Assembly (NCBI GenBank): GCA_005882045.1
Contig: VBHO01000145.1
Coordinates: 38 to 64,037, forward strand
Origin: Chloroflexota bacterium
GTDB lineage: Bacteria; Chloroflexota; Dormibacteria; CF-121
Length of the DNA stretch: 64,000 nucleotides
Reading direction: 5' to 3'
The translations under genes and the position numbers were made by a program. The notes beneath the pieces are model-generated. The model was given only the letters and a program-made list of their open reading frames with translations. It was not told where the DNA came from and did not search any database. Below, piece after piece: positions 48,412 through 63,135 of the stretch; position 1 is the stretch's first letter, and each line of letters opens with the position of its first letter.

Positions 48412-49452
48412 CTAGCCGTTGGGCAGCAGCACGACTTTCCCTGACCGGCCGCTCTTCATCTGGGCCATCGCCTCCTGGAAGTCGTCGAGCGGAAACCGGT
48501 GGGTGATCAGCGGCGAGACGTCGACCTTGCCGGTACTGAGGTAGGTCGAGGTGCGCTCCCAGGTGTCCCAGATGCGTCGGCCGAAAATGCCGTAGATGGT
48601 GACGCCCTTCGTCACCACGAGCTCGTTGAGGTCGAGAGTGACCGGCTGGTCGCCGATGCCGAGCAAACTCATCCAGCCACCACTGTGGAGGGACTGCAAC
48701 CCCTGCTCGATCGCCACCGGGTGACCTGACATCTCGAGTACGACATCGACGCCGACACCCCCATTGATCTTGCGAATCTCCGCGACGGTTGTGGTGGAGG
48801 GAGCGAAGACCGCCGTCGCGCCCATGCGCTGCGCGAGCTCGCGCCGGTACGGGTTGGGCTCGACGGCGTAGACCGCCGCGGCCCCCTCGGCTCGAGCGAT
48901 GCCAACCGCGCAGAGACCAATCGGGCCGAGCCCGAAAATCGCGACCGCGTTGTCCTTGAGTGGACCGGCCGTGGCGGCATGGACCGCATTCCCGAATGGC
49001 TCCTGCAGCGCGGCGATCTCCGGGGTCAGCCCCGGGGCGTTCCGCCAGCAGTTCCAGGCGGGCAGCAGCACATAGCGGGCGAAGGACCCATCGCGATCGA
49101 CACCGAGCACCCGCACGTTCTCGCAAAGGTGGTAAAGGCCACGCTGGCACTGACGGCAGGTGTGGTCGACCACGTGGGTCTCGGCGGCGACGAAGGTGCC
49201 CGGGGTCAGCTCCCGCACGTCGGGACCGGTGGCGACGATCCGGCCCGACATCTCGTGCCCGAAGACCCGCGGCGGATGGATGTGGCGGCGAGCCCAGTCG
49301 TTCCAATCGAAAATGTGGACATCGGTCCCGCAGATCGAGGATGCGGCCACCTCGATCAACACGTCCTTCCCCGTCGGTTCGGGGATGGCGACCTGGTCGA
49401 GCTCGGCGCCCGGGCCGGCGGTGGCTTTCACCACAGCCGTCATGGACGTCAT
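48412..49452 (-). CDS. tdh: L-threonine 3-dehydrogenase
   Basis: Zn-dependent medium-chain dehydrogenase: ICGTDVH, structural-Zn Cys cluster (CRQCQRGLYHLC), NAD GLGPIGL motif. Confidence 0.85.
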   Translation of the reverse strand: MTSMTAVVKATAGPGAELDQVAIPEPTGKDVLIEVAASSICGTDVHIFDWNDWARRHIHPPRVFGHEMSGRIVATGPDVRELTPGTFVAAETHVVDHTCRQCQRGLYHLCENVRVLGVDRDGSFARYVLLPAWNCWRNAPGLTPEIAALQEPFGNAVHAATAGPLKDNAVAIFGLGPIGLCAVGIARAEGAAAVYAVEPNPYRRELAQRMGATAVFAPSTTTVAEIRKINGGVGVDVVLEMSGHPVAIEQGLQSLHSGGWMSLLGIGDQPVTLDLNELVVTKGVTIYGIFGRRIWDTWERTSTYLSTGKVDVSPLITHRFPLDDFQEAMAQMKSGRSGKVVLLPNG

Positions 49453-49516
49453 GACTTACATCTTACCGGCGATCAAAGCCGTATTCTGAAGGTCGAAATT
49501 CGTCCAGGAGGGTGCC

Positions 49517-49744
49517 ATGCGAGCGTACGTGCTCATCAACGCGTCGGCGGGGAAGGCGATCGAGGTGGCGAAGTCGCTTCAGGGTGTCAGTGGGATCGCG
49601 CTCGCGGACGCCATCACCGGCGAGTACGACGTGATCGCCCAGGTGGAGGCGCCGGACGTCGCCGGCATCGGTTCCATCATCGTGGAGAAGATCCAGAAGA
49701 TCGACGGCGTCTTCAAGACCGTGACCTGCCTGGCGGTACGCTAG
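49517..49744 (+). CDS. stand-alone Lrp/AsnC ligand-binding (RAM) domain protein, 75 aa
   Basis: CAGGAGGG SD. Beta-alpha-beta-beta-alpha-beta RAM-domain pattern (YVLINASAGK...VSGIALADAITGEYDVIAQVEAPD...FKTVTC) with no HTH. Confidence 0.6.
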   Translation: MRAYVLINASAGKAIEVAKSLQGVSGIALADAITGEYDVIAQVEAPDVAGIGSIIVEKIQKIDGVFKTVTCLAVR

Positions 49745-50148
49745 CGCAGCGGCCCGTAGGCGCGATCGACGGAGATTGACAGCAGCAGGCGCTGCTCGGT
49801 GATCATGGCGGCGTCGTACTCCGCCCAGTCGGGGTGCTCGCCGCGGACCTTGCGGTAGTAATGGCGAAGCGCCTCCGCGACGCCCTCCCCTTCCACCAGC
49901 TCGGCGGTTCCCTCGGCGACCAGGTACTCGTAGCGGTCGCGACCCTGGACATGAAGGCTGGCGCGCGGATCTCGGCGCAGATTGTGCGTCTTGGCGCGCG
50001 TCCGGGTCACCGAGATCTTGATCCGGCCGTCGTCATCGAGGAAATAGAGGATGTTCGACAGCTGCGGCCGGCCATCGCGCTTGATCGTCGCCAGGATGCC
50101 GTCGTGGCGCACCTTGAGGAACTGCCGCGCGCGCTCGAGATCGATCAT
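49741..50148 (-). CDS. PPOX-class (pyridoxamine 5'-phosphate oxidase-like) probable F420-dependent oxidoreductase
   Basis: 135 aa split-barrel: RHDGILATIKRDGRPQLSNILYFLDDDGRIKISVTRTRAKTHNLRRDPRASLHV. Confidence 0.7.
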   Translation of the reverse strand: MIDLERARQFLKVRHDGILATIKRDGRPQLSNILYFLDDDGRIKISVTRTRAKTHNLRRDPRASLHVQGRDRYEYLVAEGTAELVEGEGVAEALRHYYRKVRGEHPDWAEYDAAMITEQRLLLSISVDRAYGPLR

Positions 50149-50213
50149 GTCCAGAAATGCTACAGCCGGCGCCCGAAGGCACCGGCTGCATTGAAGTCAG
50201 CTTGAAAGCTAAC

Positions 50214-50279
50214 CTACTTCTTCTTCGACGACTTCTTCGCGGCTTTCTTCTTTCCGCCTGCTTTCTTCTTTGCGGCCAT
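50214..50279 (-). CDS. 21-codon lysine-rich micro-ORF (MAAKKKAGGKKKAAKKSSKKK)
   Basis: ATG preceded by AAGGAGGTGA 9 nt upstream (among the best SDs in the window). 65 nt upstream of the PPOX gene on the same strand. 11 of 21 codons are AAG/AAA in a ~70% GC genome. Confidence 0.35.
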   Translation of the reverse strand: MAAKKKAGGKKKAAKKSSKKK

Positions 50280-50855
50280 CCGGGCTCACCTCCTTCTTAG
50301 CAAGATTCTCCCGGTCGGCCGCTGTGACGCCGCCGCCAAACGCGCGTGAGCGCCACGGGTAACGTGGACGCGCGGGCGCCGGCGAGGCCGGGTACCGGAA
50401 GCAAAGAGAAGAGAGAAAAATGAGGGGAGCGACGGCGTGTCGCGATCGACCCTCGGTGTCCATGATGCCACGCGTCGACGATCATCGATGTGGCCCGCGG
50501 AGTTTTTTGAGTGTTGCCCTTCTTCAGGTCCTCGCCCTGATCGACACGACGATCAGAGCGCGGCTGCGCGCTCATTAAGTGCGACCATAGCATGAATTGA
50601 GCCGCTTTGCATACTCTCGGCCCAAATTTTTTCGCGCGGGGCCGCGATAATCGGCCCTTCGTGGGTCACCGACGAGAAATTTTCAGAATTTTTCTGCGCT
50701 CAAGGGCAGCGACCGCCATCGCAGCAGGTTTCGTAGTAAAGACCGCAGCCACGACAGCGAAATTTGCGTCCATCCCACGTCGTTGCGCCTCCACAAGGGC
50801 ATTCGGGTCCCTCGTGCGACCACTGTGGATGCCGTTGCACGCTCCCGGAGAGCAA

Positions 50856-50886
50856 AGAGGAAGAGACCACGGCGGTCTCTTCCTCT
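50856..50886 (-). terminator. intrinsic terminator of nrdJ
   Basis: Perfect 13-bp stem agaggaagagacc / ggtctcttcctct with a 5-nt loop, starting 8 nt past the nrdJ stop codon. Confidence 0.55.
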
Positions 50887-50893
50887 GGAATTT

Positions 50894-54880
<3,987 letters not shown>

Positions 54881-55013
54881 CGTGGAACCTCCAAAGGGTG
54901 GGCTGGAGAGCGGCCCACATCGTATGCCGTAGGATGAGGCCTGTCAAGCAGTTTACCACAGCCTGTAGGGTTTTCCGACCATTGCGGGCACAACATATGC
55001 CCGAACCGGTCTG

Positions 55014-55271
55014 GTGCTGATCGGAGGCGTCGCCCTCAGCCTGGTGGGCCTCGTCCTGCTTCGAATCGCGGTTGCTGAGGGCCGTCGGGTCGGGCTGCTT
55101 TCCGGCGCATTCTGGCTCACCTTCCCCGAGTTCGCCCGCTATCGGCGCAAGCGCCTCTGGCCGGTGCTGCTCGCCCTGGCGGGCGGCATCCTACTTATAT
55201 GGGGCCTGGTTTTGCTCTTTCAGTGGCTGCTGGCGTACTACGCCGACCGGCTGGGCCATCCGCTTACCTGA
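55014..55271 (+). CDS. hypothetical small membrane protein (85 aa, 2-3 TM)
   Basis: Hydrophobic ORF divergent from nrdJ. No motif. Confidence 0.35.
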   Translation: MLIGGVALSLVGLVLLRIAVAEGRRVGLLSGAFWLTFPEFARYRRKRLWPVLLALAGGILLIWGLVLLFQWLLAYYADRLGHPLT

Positions 55272-55273
55272 GG

Positions 55274-57105
<1,832 letters not shown>

Positions 57106-57109
<4 letters not shown>

Positions 57110-57528
57110 TCGAGCCGCCGAGGCTCGCGCAGCTCTCGGTCGATCTCGGCCTGGTCGCGCTCGGTGCCCGCAGCAGCGCGATCGAGCCTTACGCGCTGCC
57201 GGTCCAGACTGGCTGCCGAGCGGTCGAGGGCCAACCGGGACCGCTCGATCTGTTCGCGGGCGGTGCCGATGGCGTCGATCGCCGATTGCTGGCTGTCGGG
57301 GCCCTCGAGCTCGACGAAACGGCCGTGTGCGCGGATCCGCTGCTCCAGTTGCTCGATCGCCCTCTGCCGCTCGTCCAGGGCTCGCTCTCTGGCGTCGGCC
57401 TGATGCTGCCGCTCGTCGGCGAGCCGTTCGCGCTGCTCGGCCAGAGTTTCCCGCTCGTCGGCCAGCCTGTCCCGCTCGTCGGCCAGCCGATGGCGTTCCT
57501 CGACGGAAGGATCCTGGCTCCGAGCCAT
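57106..57528 (-). CDS. hypothetical coiled-coil protein with six consecutive heptads (RLADERx)
   Basis: ATGA overlap with typA; 3-nt gap to the upstream hydrolase gene. [54 protein letters not shown]. The DNA shows matching 21-bp tandem repeats (cccgctcgtcggccagcc...). Confidence 0.5.
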
Positions 57529-57530
57529 AG

Positions 57531-58442
57531 CTAGGCCACCCCTTCGCCGCGTTGGCTCGCCGGTTCCTGGAGAAAGTCCAGCACCAGCCGGTTGAACCGC
57601 TCCGGTTCCTCCATCTGCGGCGTATGGCCGCTGTCGTCGAAGACGTGGAGGCGGCCATTGGGAATCCGGTCCTTGGCCGCCCGGGCGTGACTCGCCGGAA
57701 AAATGTGGTCGTGGGCGCCCCAGATCAGCAGCGTCGGCATTCGCAGCTCGGGCAGCCGATCTTCGACAACGACGCCGTCCCGCAGCTGCCGCATGCCGGC
57801 GATCGAGCGCAGGGCCGAAAGGTAGGCGGCGCGATACTCTGGCGTGGCGAGCAAGCTGCCATGGCTCGCGATCCGCTCATCACTCCAGATGGCGTCGACG
57901 CGGTTCGGACGCTTCAGATACCAGCCCCAGAATCGGCGGATGATCGCCGGGTTCATCTGGCGCAAGGCCCGGGCGGTTCCGCGAAGCGTCAGCTCGCCGA
58001 GGCCCCTGGTCAGCAAGACCGAGTAGGCGAGCACCCGCCGCGGCGCGCCGATGCCAAGCGCATCCACGAGCACGAGTCGCTCGACCTTCTCCGGCGAATC
58101 GAGGGCGAGGCCGAGCGCGACGCGCCCGCCCATCGAGACGCCCATCACGGCGGCACGCTCGATGCCTTCCGACGCCATCAGGTCAGACACCGCGCGAACG
58201 AACAGGTCGATGGTGTAGGCGAGCACCGGCTTGTCCGAGCGGCCGAACCCGGGCAGGTCGATGGCAAACACCCGATGATGCGCGGCGAGCGGCTCGAGAT
58301 TGTAATAGAACTCCACCGAGGCCGAGCTGCCAAGACCGTGGACGAGCACAAGCGGCGGTCCGCTGCCACCGCAGAAGTAGTGCAAATTGACCCCGTCGAT
58401 CGTCACCGTCTTGCTTTGGAACGAGGGGAAGAGCTCGGCCAC
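57531..58442 (-). CDS. alpha/beta hydrolase fold protein
   Basis: HGxG oxyanion motif (VLVHGLGSS), nucleophile elbow GVSMGG, C-terminal His (DSGHTPQ). Confidence 0.75.
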   Translation of the reverse strand: MAELFPSFQSKTVTIDGVNLHYFCGGSGPPLVLVHGLGSSASVEFYYNLEPLAAHHRVFAIDLPGFGRSDKPVLAYTIDLFVRAVSDLMASEGIERAAVMGVSMGGRVALGLALDSPEKVERLVLVDALGIGAPRRVLAYSVLLTRGLGELTLRGTARALRQMNPAIIRRFWGWYLKRPNRVDAIWSDERIASHGSLLATPEYRAAYLSALRSIAGMRQLRDGVVVEDRLPELRMPTLLIWGAHDHIFPASHARAAKDRIPNGRLHVFDDSGHTPQMEEPERFNRLVLDFLQEPASQRGEGVA

Positions 58443-58466
58443 GAGTTGAGTTTATCGGCGTCGGCG

Positions 58467-58832
58467 CTACGCGGAGCGGGTCGAGACCGGGGCCGCGAAG
58501 CCGAAGTAGGCCAGCACCGCGCCCGTCCCCAGATGCAGGGCGATGTCGGCACCACCGATGTACATCAATCCGAATGGGTTGGCGACGCCGAAACCGATGA
58601 GGCCGAGCAGCAACAGGATGACGCCGGCCACCCGACAGAAGGTCCTCGCGTTGGCGAGGCTGCTGGCGGCCGCCAGACCAGCGATGCCGATCACCACGTG
58701 GACCATGGTCTGCAGCAGGTTGACCTGGAAGATTCCCAGAATGACGTGGTTGAAAATGCCAACGATCCCGGCCACGAGATAAAGGGCGCCGAAGATGAGG
58801 GCCACGGCCTGCAGTGTCGATCGATCACCCAT
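58467..58832 (-). CDS. DUF4383-like small membrane protein
   Basis: Start at internal ATG 58832 (MGDRSTLQAVALIFGALYLVAG...). Four TM helices, Gly-rich. Family recall unverified. Confidence 0.5.
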   Translation of the reverse strand: MGDRSTLQAVALIFGALYLVAGIVGIFNHVILGIFQVNLLQTMVHVVIGIAGLAAASSLANARTFCRVAGVILLLLGLIGFGVANPFGLMYIGGADIALHLGTGAVLAYFGFAAPVSTRSA

Positions 58833-59388
58833 TGGCGTCCTTCCGCAGCGCGCGGTATGCAGCTTCGACGCGAACGGCGGCGTCACCCTGCAGCTCGGGA
58901 AGGTTGATGGCGACATTACCGAGTGCTCCACTCAAGCCGCTCTGTAACAACTCGCTCCCGACCGCCAGGTCCGACGCGGTCATCTCCCAGGCGCGGCGGC
59001 TTACCTCGGGCAGGAGCGCGATGGCGCGCGACGCCGCGGTGGCCGCCTCGAGCGGCACCTCGGCGGCCCGCTGGTAGGCTCGCGCCAGCGCCTCACCCTT
59101 CGTCCCCGATTTTCGAGCCTCGATCACGGCCCGGTAGGCGTCGATGTCCTCCTGGCTCAGCTCGAGCAAGCGGGCGGCGAGCTGATCGAGTTCCGGCACA
59201 AGATCGCTGAGACGCTCGCGGTCCTCCGCGGTTTTCGTCCTCCGGGCGCTGAGCTTGGCCACCATGCTCACTAGCGCGGCACCCATGGCCGCGGCCAGGG
59301 CGGCCGCGCTTCCCCCGCCGGGCACGGCCGCGGTCGACGCCAGGGCCTCGAGGTAGTCGCCCAGGGACTGGTCTCGAACCGCCGTCAT
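58825..59388 (-). CDS. formimidoyltetrahydrofolate cyclodeaminase-family protein (FTCD C-terminal domain-like)
   Basis: 187 aa all-alpha. N-terminal YLEALASTAAVPGGGSAAALAAAMGAALVSMV is typical of the cyclodeaminase/cyclohydrolase family. ATGA overlap with the formimidoyltransferase gene. Confidence 0.7.
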   Translation of the reverse strand: MTAVRDQSLGDYLEALASTAAVPGGGSAAALAAAMGAALVSMVAKLSARRTKTAEDRERLSDLVPELDQLAARLLELSQEDIDAYRAVIEARKSGTKGEALARAYQRAAEVPLEAATAASRAIALLPEVSRRAWEMTASDLAVGSELLQSGLSGALGNVAINLPELQGDAAVRVEAAYRALRKDANG

Positions 59389-60284
59389 TCCGCGGTCCAG
59401 ACGCGTTTCTCGAGGATTTGGTCCATGCGGAAGGCGGGTTCGACGACGGCGTCTTTGATCACACCCACCGCCGCCGCCAGCGGAACGGTGCCGACGATCT
59501 CTGAGGCATCGACCTCGACCCCGCGGCGTTTCGCCTCGTCGCGGATCGCGGTGAAGACTTTCCAGATGTTGGTGACGCGGTAATCGGTGAGGTTCATCGA
59601 GACCTGGACGAGGCCGCGGTCGGCGAGCGCGAAGCCGAGCGCCTTGACGTTCGGCAGACCGCCCGAGGAGGCGCGGATGGTCTTCGCGATGTCCTTGGCG
59701 ACCTGTACGTCCGTCGTCTTGAGGTTGACGTTGTAGGCGATCAGCGGAATGCGGGCCCCGACCGCGGTCGCCCCGGCGCTGGGGTGGATCGCCGAAGGTC
59801 CCTCGTCCGGCGCGCGGTCCGCGTCGCCGATGTGCTCGAGCAGATCCTCGAAACCTCCCTGGCGAACCTTTTCCAGCTCGCGGCGCTCAGGCCGCGTGGC
59901 GGCCTCGCCGTAGTAATAGACCGGAACGCGCAGTTCGCTCCCCAGGCGTGCGCCGAAGCTATGGGCAAGCTCGACGCAGACGCTCATCGGCAGGTCAGCG
60001 AAGGGAACGAAGGGCACCACGTCGGTGGCGCCCATGCGTGGGTGCTCACCGCGATGCCGTCGCAGGTCGATCCGTTGCGTGGCGACGGCGGCACCGGCCA
60101 TCGCCGCATCGACCGCCAGGCTGGGCTCGGCGACGAAGGTGACCACCATCCGGTTATGCGCGGCATCGGCCTGGACGTCGATCACGCGGGCCCCCGCGGC
60201 CTTGATCGCATCCGCGATCTCGGTGATGACCTCCAGCCGGCGCCCCTCGGAGAAGTTGGGGACGCACTCTACGAGGGCTGCCAG
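59385..60284 (-). CDS. glutamate formimidoyltransferase (FTCD N-terminal domain-like)
   Basis: [14 protein letters not shown]-terminal signature, ~296 aa conserved. The tool ORF (636 aa) is an overlapping-frame artefact running into hutI. No ATG/GTG/TTG in frame near the expected start; 5' end placed provisionally at CTG 60284. Confidence 0.7.
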   Translation of the reverse strand: MAALVECVPNFSEGRRLEVITEIADAIKAAGARVIDVQADAAHNRMVVTFVAEPSLAVDAAMAGAAVATQRIDLRRHRGEHPRMGATDVVPFVPFADLPMSVCVELAHSFGARLGSELRVPVYYYGEAATRPERRELEKVRQGGFEDLLEHIGDADRAPDEGPSAIHPSAGATAVGARIPLIAYNVNLKTTDVQVAKDIAKTIRASSGGLPNVKALGFALADRGLVQVSMNLTDYRVTNIWKVFTAIRDEAKRRGVEVDASEIVGTVPLAAAVGVIKDAVVEPAFRMDQILEKRVWTAE

Positions 60285-61489
60285 ACCACGCCTCCCGCTA
60301 CGGTCGTGATGACGCGATTCACGCCGACATAGTAGGGAATGGCTTCCGGGGTTTCGACGTCCAGGATGGCGCAGTCCGCGAAGCTGCCAACTCGCAGGCA
60401 ACCGGCGACCCCGTCGAGCCTGAGGGAGCGAGCCGCGTGCACGGTGGCGCCGATCAGCACCTCGACGGGCGTCATGCCCCACTGCACGCACGCCAGGCTC
60501 ATCGCGTGCGGCAGGCTTTCGGAATTGGAGGTCCCCGGGTTGAGGTCGGAGGCGATCGCCATCGGCAGCTTCGCCTGCCGCATCGCCTCGATCGGGGGTC
60601 GCGGGCCGTGGGTGGTGAAGTTGGCGCCAGGGCAGAGGACCGCCACCGTTCCCGCCTGCGCGAGCGCCCTGATTTGCGCCGGCGTCGCGAACTCGAGGTG
60701 GTCGGCGCTGCTCGCCTTGAGCTCCGCCGCAATGTCGGGACCCTCTCCAGGCGCCAGCTGCGCGGCGTGAACCCGCAGTCCGTACCCGAGGGTTCGCGCC
60801 CGCGTCAAGATGGCGCGGGCCTCGGTTGCCGCAAAGGCCGGCGCCTCGCACCACGCATCGCAGAAGACGGCCCACGGCCTGAAAGCGGGGAGCATCTCGT
60901 CGATCAGCGTGCGGACATAGACATCCCGGTCGCTGCCGGGCGGAGGGACGTGCGCCCCAAGGAAGGTAGGCACCACGCGCAAGGGCGTCCGGCTTGCCAG
61001 CGTGCGCAGGACGTCGAGCAGCTTCGCCTCGTTCTCGAGGTCGAGGCCGTAGCCGGTTTTCGCCTCGATGGTGGTCGTCCCGTTGGCGAGGAACCGGTCG
61101 GCGCGACCCTGCGCCAGGCCGAGCAGCGTCGGTCCATCGGCTTGCCGCGTTGCCCGCACGGTTCGCGCGATGCCACGCTCGCCCGACTGTTGCGCCTGGT
61201 AGGGAACCCCGCTCACCCATTCCGCGAACTCGTCGGCGCGCGAGCCGGCGAACACCGGGTGGGTGTGCGCGTCGACCAGGCCGGGGATGACGCAAGCCCC
61301 CCGGGCATCGAGCAGGTCGCCATCGAGCGTGACGTCTGACTCGAGCCCGCGGTCGTCGCCAATCCAGACCACGCGTCCCTCCCGCGCCGCCAGCGCACCG
61401 TCCAGGATTCGCCCGAGCGGATCGTCGCTCGCCGGCACCATGGTCGCGAGCTGACCGGCGTGGCGAAGGGCGAAGTCGGCGCGGATCAA
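60269..61489 (-). CDS. hutI: imidazolonepropionase
   Basis: Amidohydrolase fold with VDAHTHPVF metal-binding HxH and downstream His/Asp ligands, 406 aa, inside the hut cluster. Confidence 0.9.
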   Translation of the reverse strand: MIRADFALRHAGQLATMVPASDDPLGRILDGALAAREGRVVWIGDDRGLESDVTLDGDLLDARGACVIPGLVDAHTHPVFAGSRADEFAEWVSGVPYQAQQSGERGIARTVRATRQADGPTLLGLAQGRADRFLANGTTTIEAKTGYGLDLENEAKLLDVLRTLASRTPLRVVPTFLGAHVPPPGSDRDVYVRTLIDEMLPAFRPWAVFCDAWCEAPAFAATEARAILTRARTLGYGLRVHAAQLAPGEGPDIAAELKASSADHLEFATPAQIRALAQAGTVAVLCPGANFTTHGPRPPIEAMRQAKLPMAIASDLNPGTSNSESLPHAMSLACVQWGMTPVEVLIGATVHAARSLRLDGVAGCLRVGSFADCAILDVETPEAIPYYVGVNRVITTVAGGVVWQPS

Positions 61490-63135
61490 GTGGCCCGGTC
61501 GATACCGTGCTGGCGCGCGAACTCCACGGCGATCTCGTAGCCGGCGTCGGCGTGGCGGATCACGCCCATGCCCGGATCCGTCGTGAGCACACGCTCCAGC
61601 CGGTCCGCCATCGCCGGTGTGCCGTCGGCGACGATCACCATCCCCGCGTGAATGGAGTTGCCCATGCCGACCCCGCCGCCATGGTGCACCGACACCCAGC
61701 TCGCGCCCGCCGCCGTGTTCACCAGCGCATTGAGGATCGGCCAGTCCGCGATCGCGTCGCTGCCGTCGCGCATGGCCTCGGTCTCACGATAAGGCGACGC
61801 CACCGAACCCGCATCGAGGTGATCGCGCCCGATCACGATCGGTGCCTTGAGCTCGCCGGATTTCACCATCTCGTTGAAGCGCAGGCCGACCTTCGCCCGC
61901 TCGCCGTAACCGAGCCAGCAGATTCGGGCGGGCAGGCCCTGGAACTGCACGCGCTCGCGCGCCAACCGCAGCCAGCGGTGCACATGCTCGTTCTCGGGCA
62001 GGGTCTCCATCACGGCGCGGTCGGTGCGATAGATGTCGTGCGGATCGCCGCTCAATGCGACCCACCGGAACGGACCCTTTCCTTCGGAGAACAGCGGGCG
62101 GATGTAGGCGGGCACGAAGCCCGGGATCTCGAAGGCATCCGTGACGCCCGCCTCGAGCGCGAGACCCCGCAGGTTGTTGCCGTAGTCGAAGGTCTCGACA
62201 CCCTTCCGCTGGAATCCGAGCATCGCCCCGACGTGCTCGCCCACCGAATGCTTCACCATCTCCAGGTATTCCTGGGGATCGCGGGCACGCAGGTCGTTGG
62301 CCTCGTCGACGCTGAGCGGCGCCGGGATGTAGCCGCGCAAAGGGTCATGCGCGGACGTCTGGTCGGTGACGACGTCCGGCGCGAAGCCGCGACGCAGGAG
62401 CTCTGGGTAGACCGCGGCGGCGTTGCCCACCAGGCCGATCGACATCGATGACCCGATTTGGCGGGCCTCCTCGGCCCACGTGATGGCCTCGTCAAGATTT
62501 GCCGTTGTCCGGTGGAGGTAGCGCGTCTGCAAGCGGCGCTCGATTCGCGCCGGGTCCACCTCGACGCAGAGCGCGATGCCTTCGTGCATCGTCACCGCGA
62601 GCGGTTGTGCACCACCCATGCCACCAAGCCCGCTGGTCAGTACGATTCGGCCGCGCAAGGTGCCCTCGAATTTCTTGGCGGCCAGCGCGCCGAAGGTTTC
62701 ATACGTCCCCTGGAGGATGCCCTGGCTGCCGATGTAGATCCAGCTGCCGGCCGTCATCTGCCCGTACATGATCAGGCCAAGCCGCTCGAGCTCCCAGAAG
62801 TGTTCCCAGGTTGCCCAACGCGGCACCAACAGGCTGTTCGCGAGCAGCACCCGAGGGGCGTACTCATGAGTCCGAAAGATGCCCACCGCTTTCCCGGACT
62901 GCACCAGCAGGGTCTCGTCGTCCTCGAGCCGCCGGAGCGCGGCGACGATCGCATGGAACGATGGCCAGTCACGTGCCGCCTTGCCGGTGCCGCCGTAGAC
63001 GACAAGGTCTTCCGGCCGCTCGGCAACCTCAGGATCAAGGTTGTTGCAGAGCATGCGCAGCGCCGCCTCCTGCGGCCAGCCGCGGGTGCTGAGCTGGGTG
63101 CCGCGCGCAGCGCGAATCGGCGTCGCGACGGTCAT
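61486..63135 (-). CDS. hutU: urocanate hydratase
   Basis: 549 aa, highly conserved urocanase blocks ([27 protein letters not shown]-binding loop). Confidence 0.9.
   Translation of the reverse strand: MTVATPIRAARGTQLSTRGWPQEAALRMLCNNLDPEVAERPEDLVVYGGTGKAARDWPSFHAIVAALRRLEDDETLLVQSGKAVGIFRTHEYAPRVLLANSLLVPRWATWEHFWELERLGLIMYGQMTAGSWIYIGSQGILQGTYETFGALAAKKFEGTLRGRIVLTSGLGGMGGAQPLAVTMHEGIALCVEVDPARIERRLQTRYLHRTTANLDEAITWAEEARQIGSSMSIGLVGNAAAVYPELLRRGFAPDVVTDQTSAHDPLRGYIPAPLSVDEANDLRARDPQEYLEMVKHSVGEHVGAMLGFQRKGVETFDYGNNLRGLALEAGVTDAFEIPGFVPAYIRPLFSEGKGPFRWVALSGDPHDIYRTDRAVMETLPENEHVHRWLRLARERVQFQGLPARICWLGYGERAKVGLRFNEMVKSGELKAPIVIGRDHLDAGSVASPYRETEAMRDGSDAIADWPILNALVNTAAGASWVSVHHGGGVGMGNSIHAGMVIVADGTPAMADRLERVLTTDPGMGVIRHADAGYEIAVEFARQHGIDRAT

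Noticed and set aside
50297-50593. 98-aa His/Arg-rich ORF inside the long intergenic region
   Set aside because: No SD, weak codon bias (~65% GC3), low-complexity sequence. The region is better explained as structured non-coding RNA or leader.
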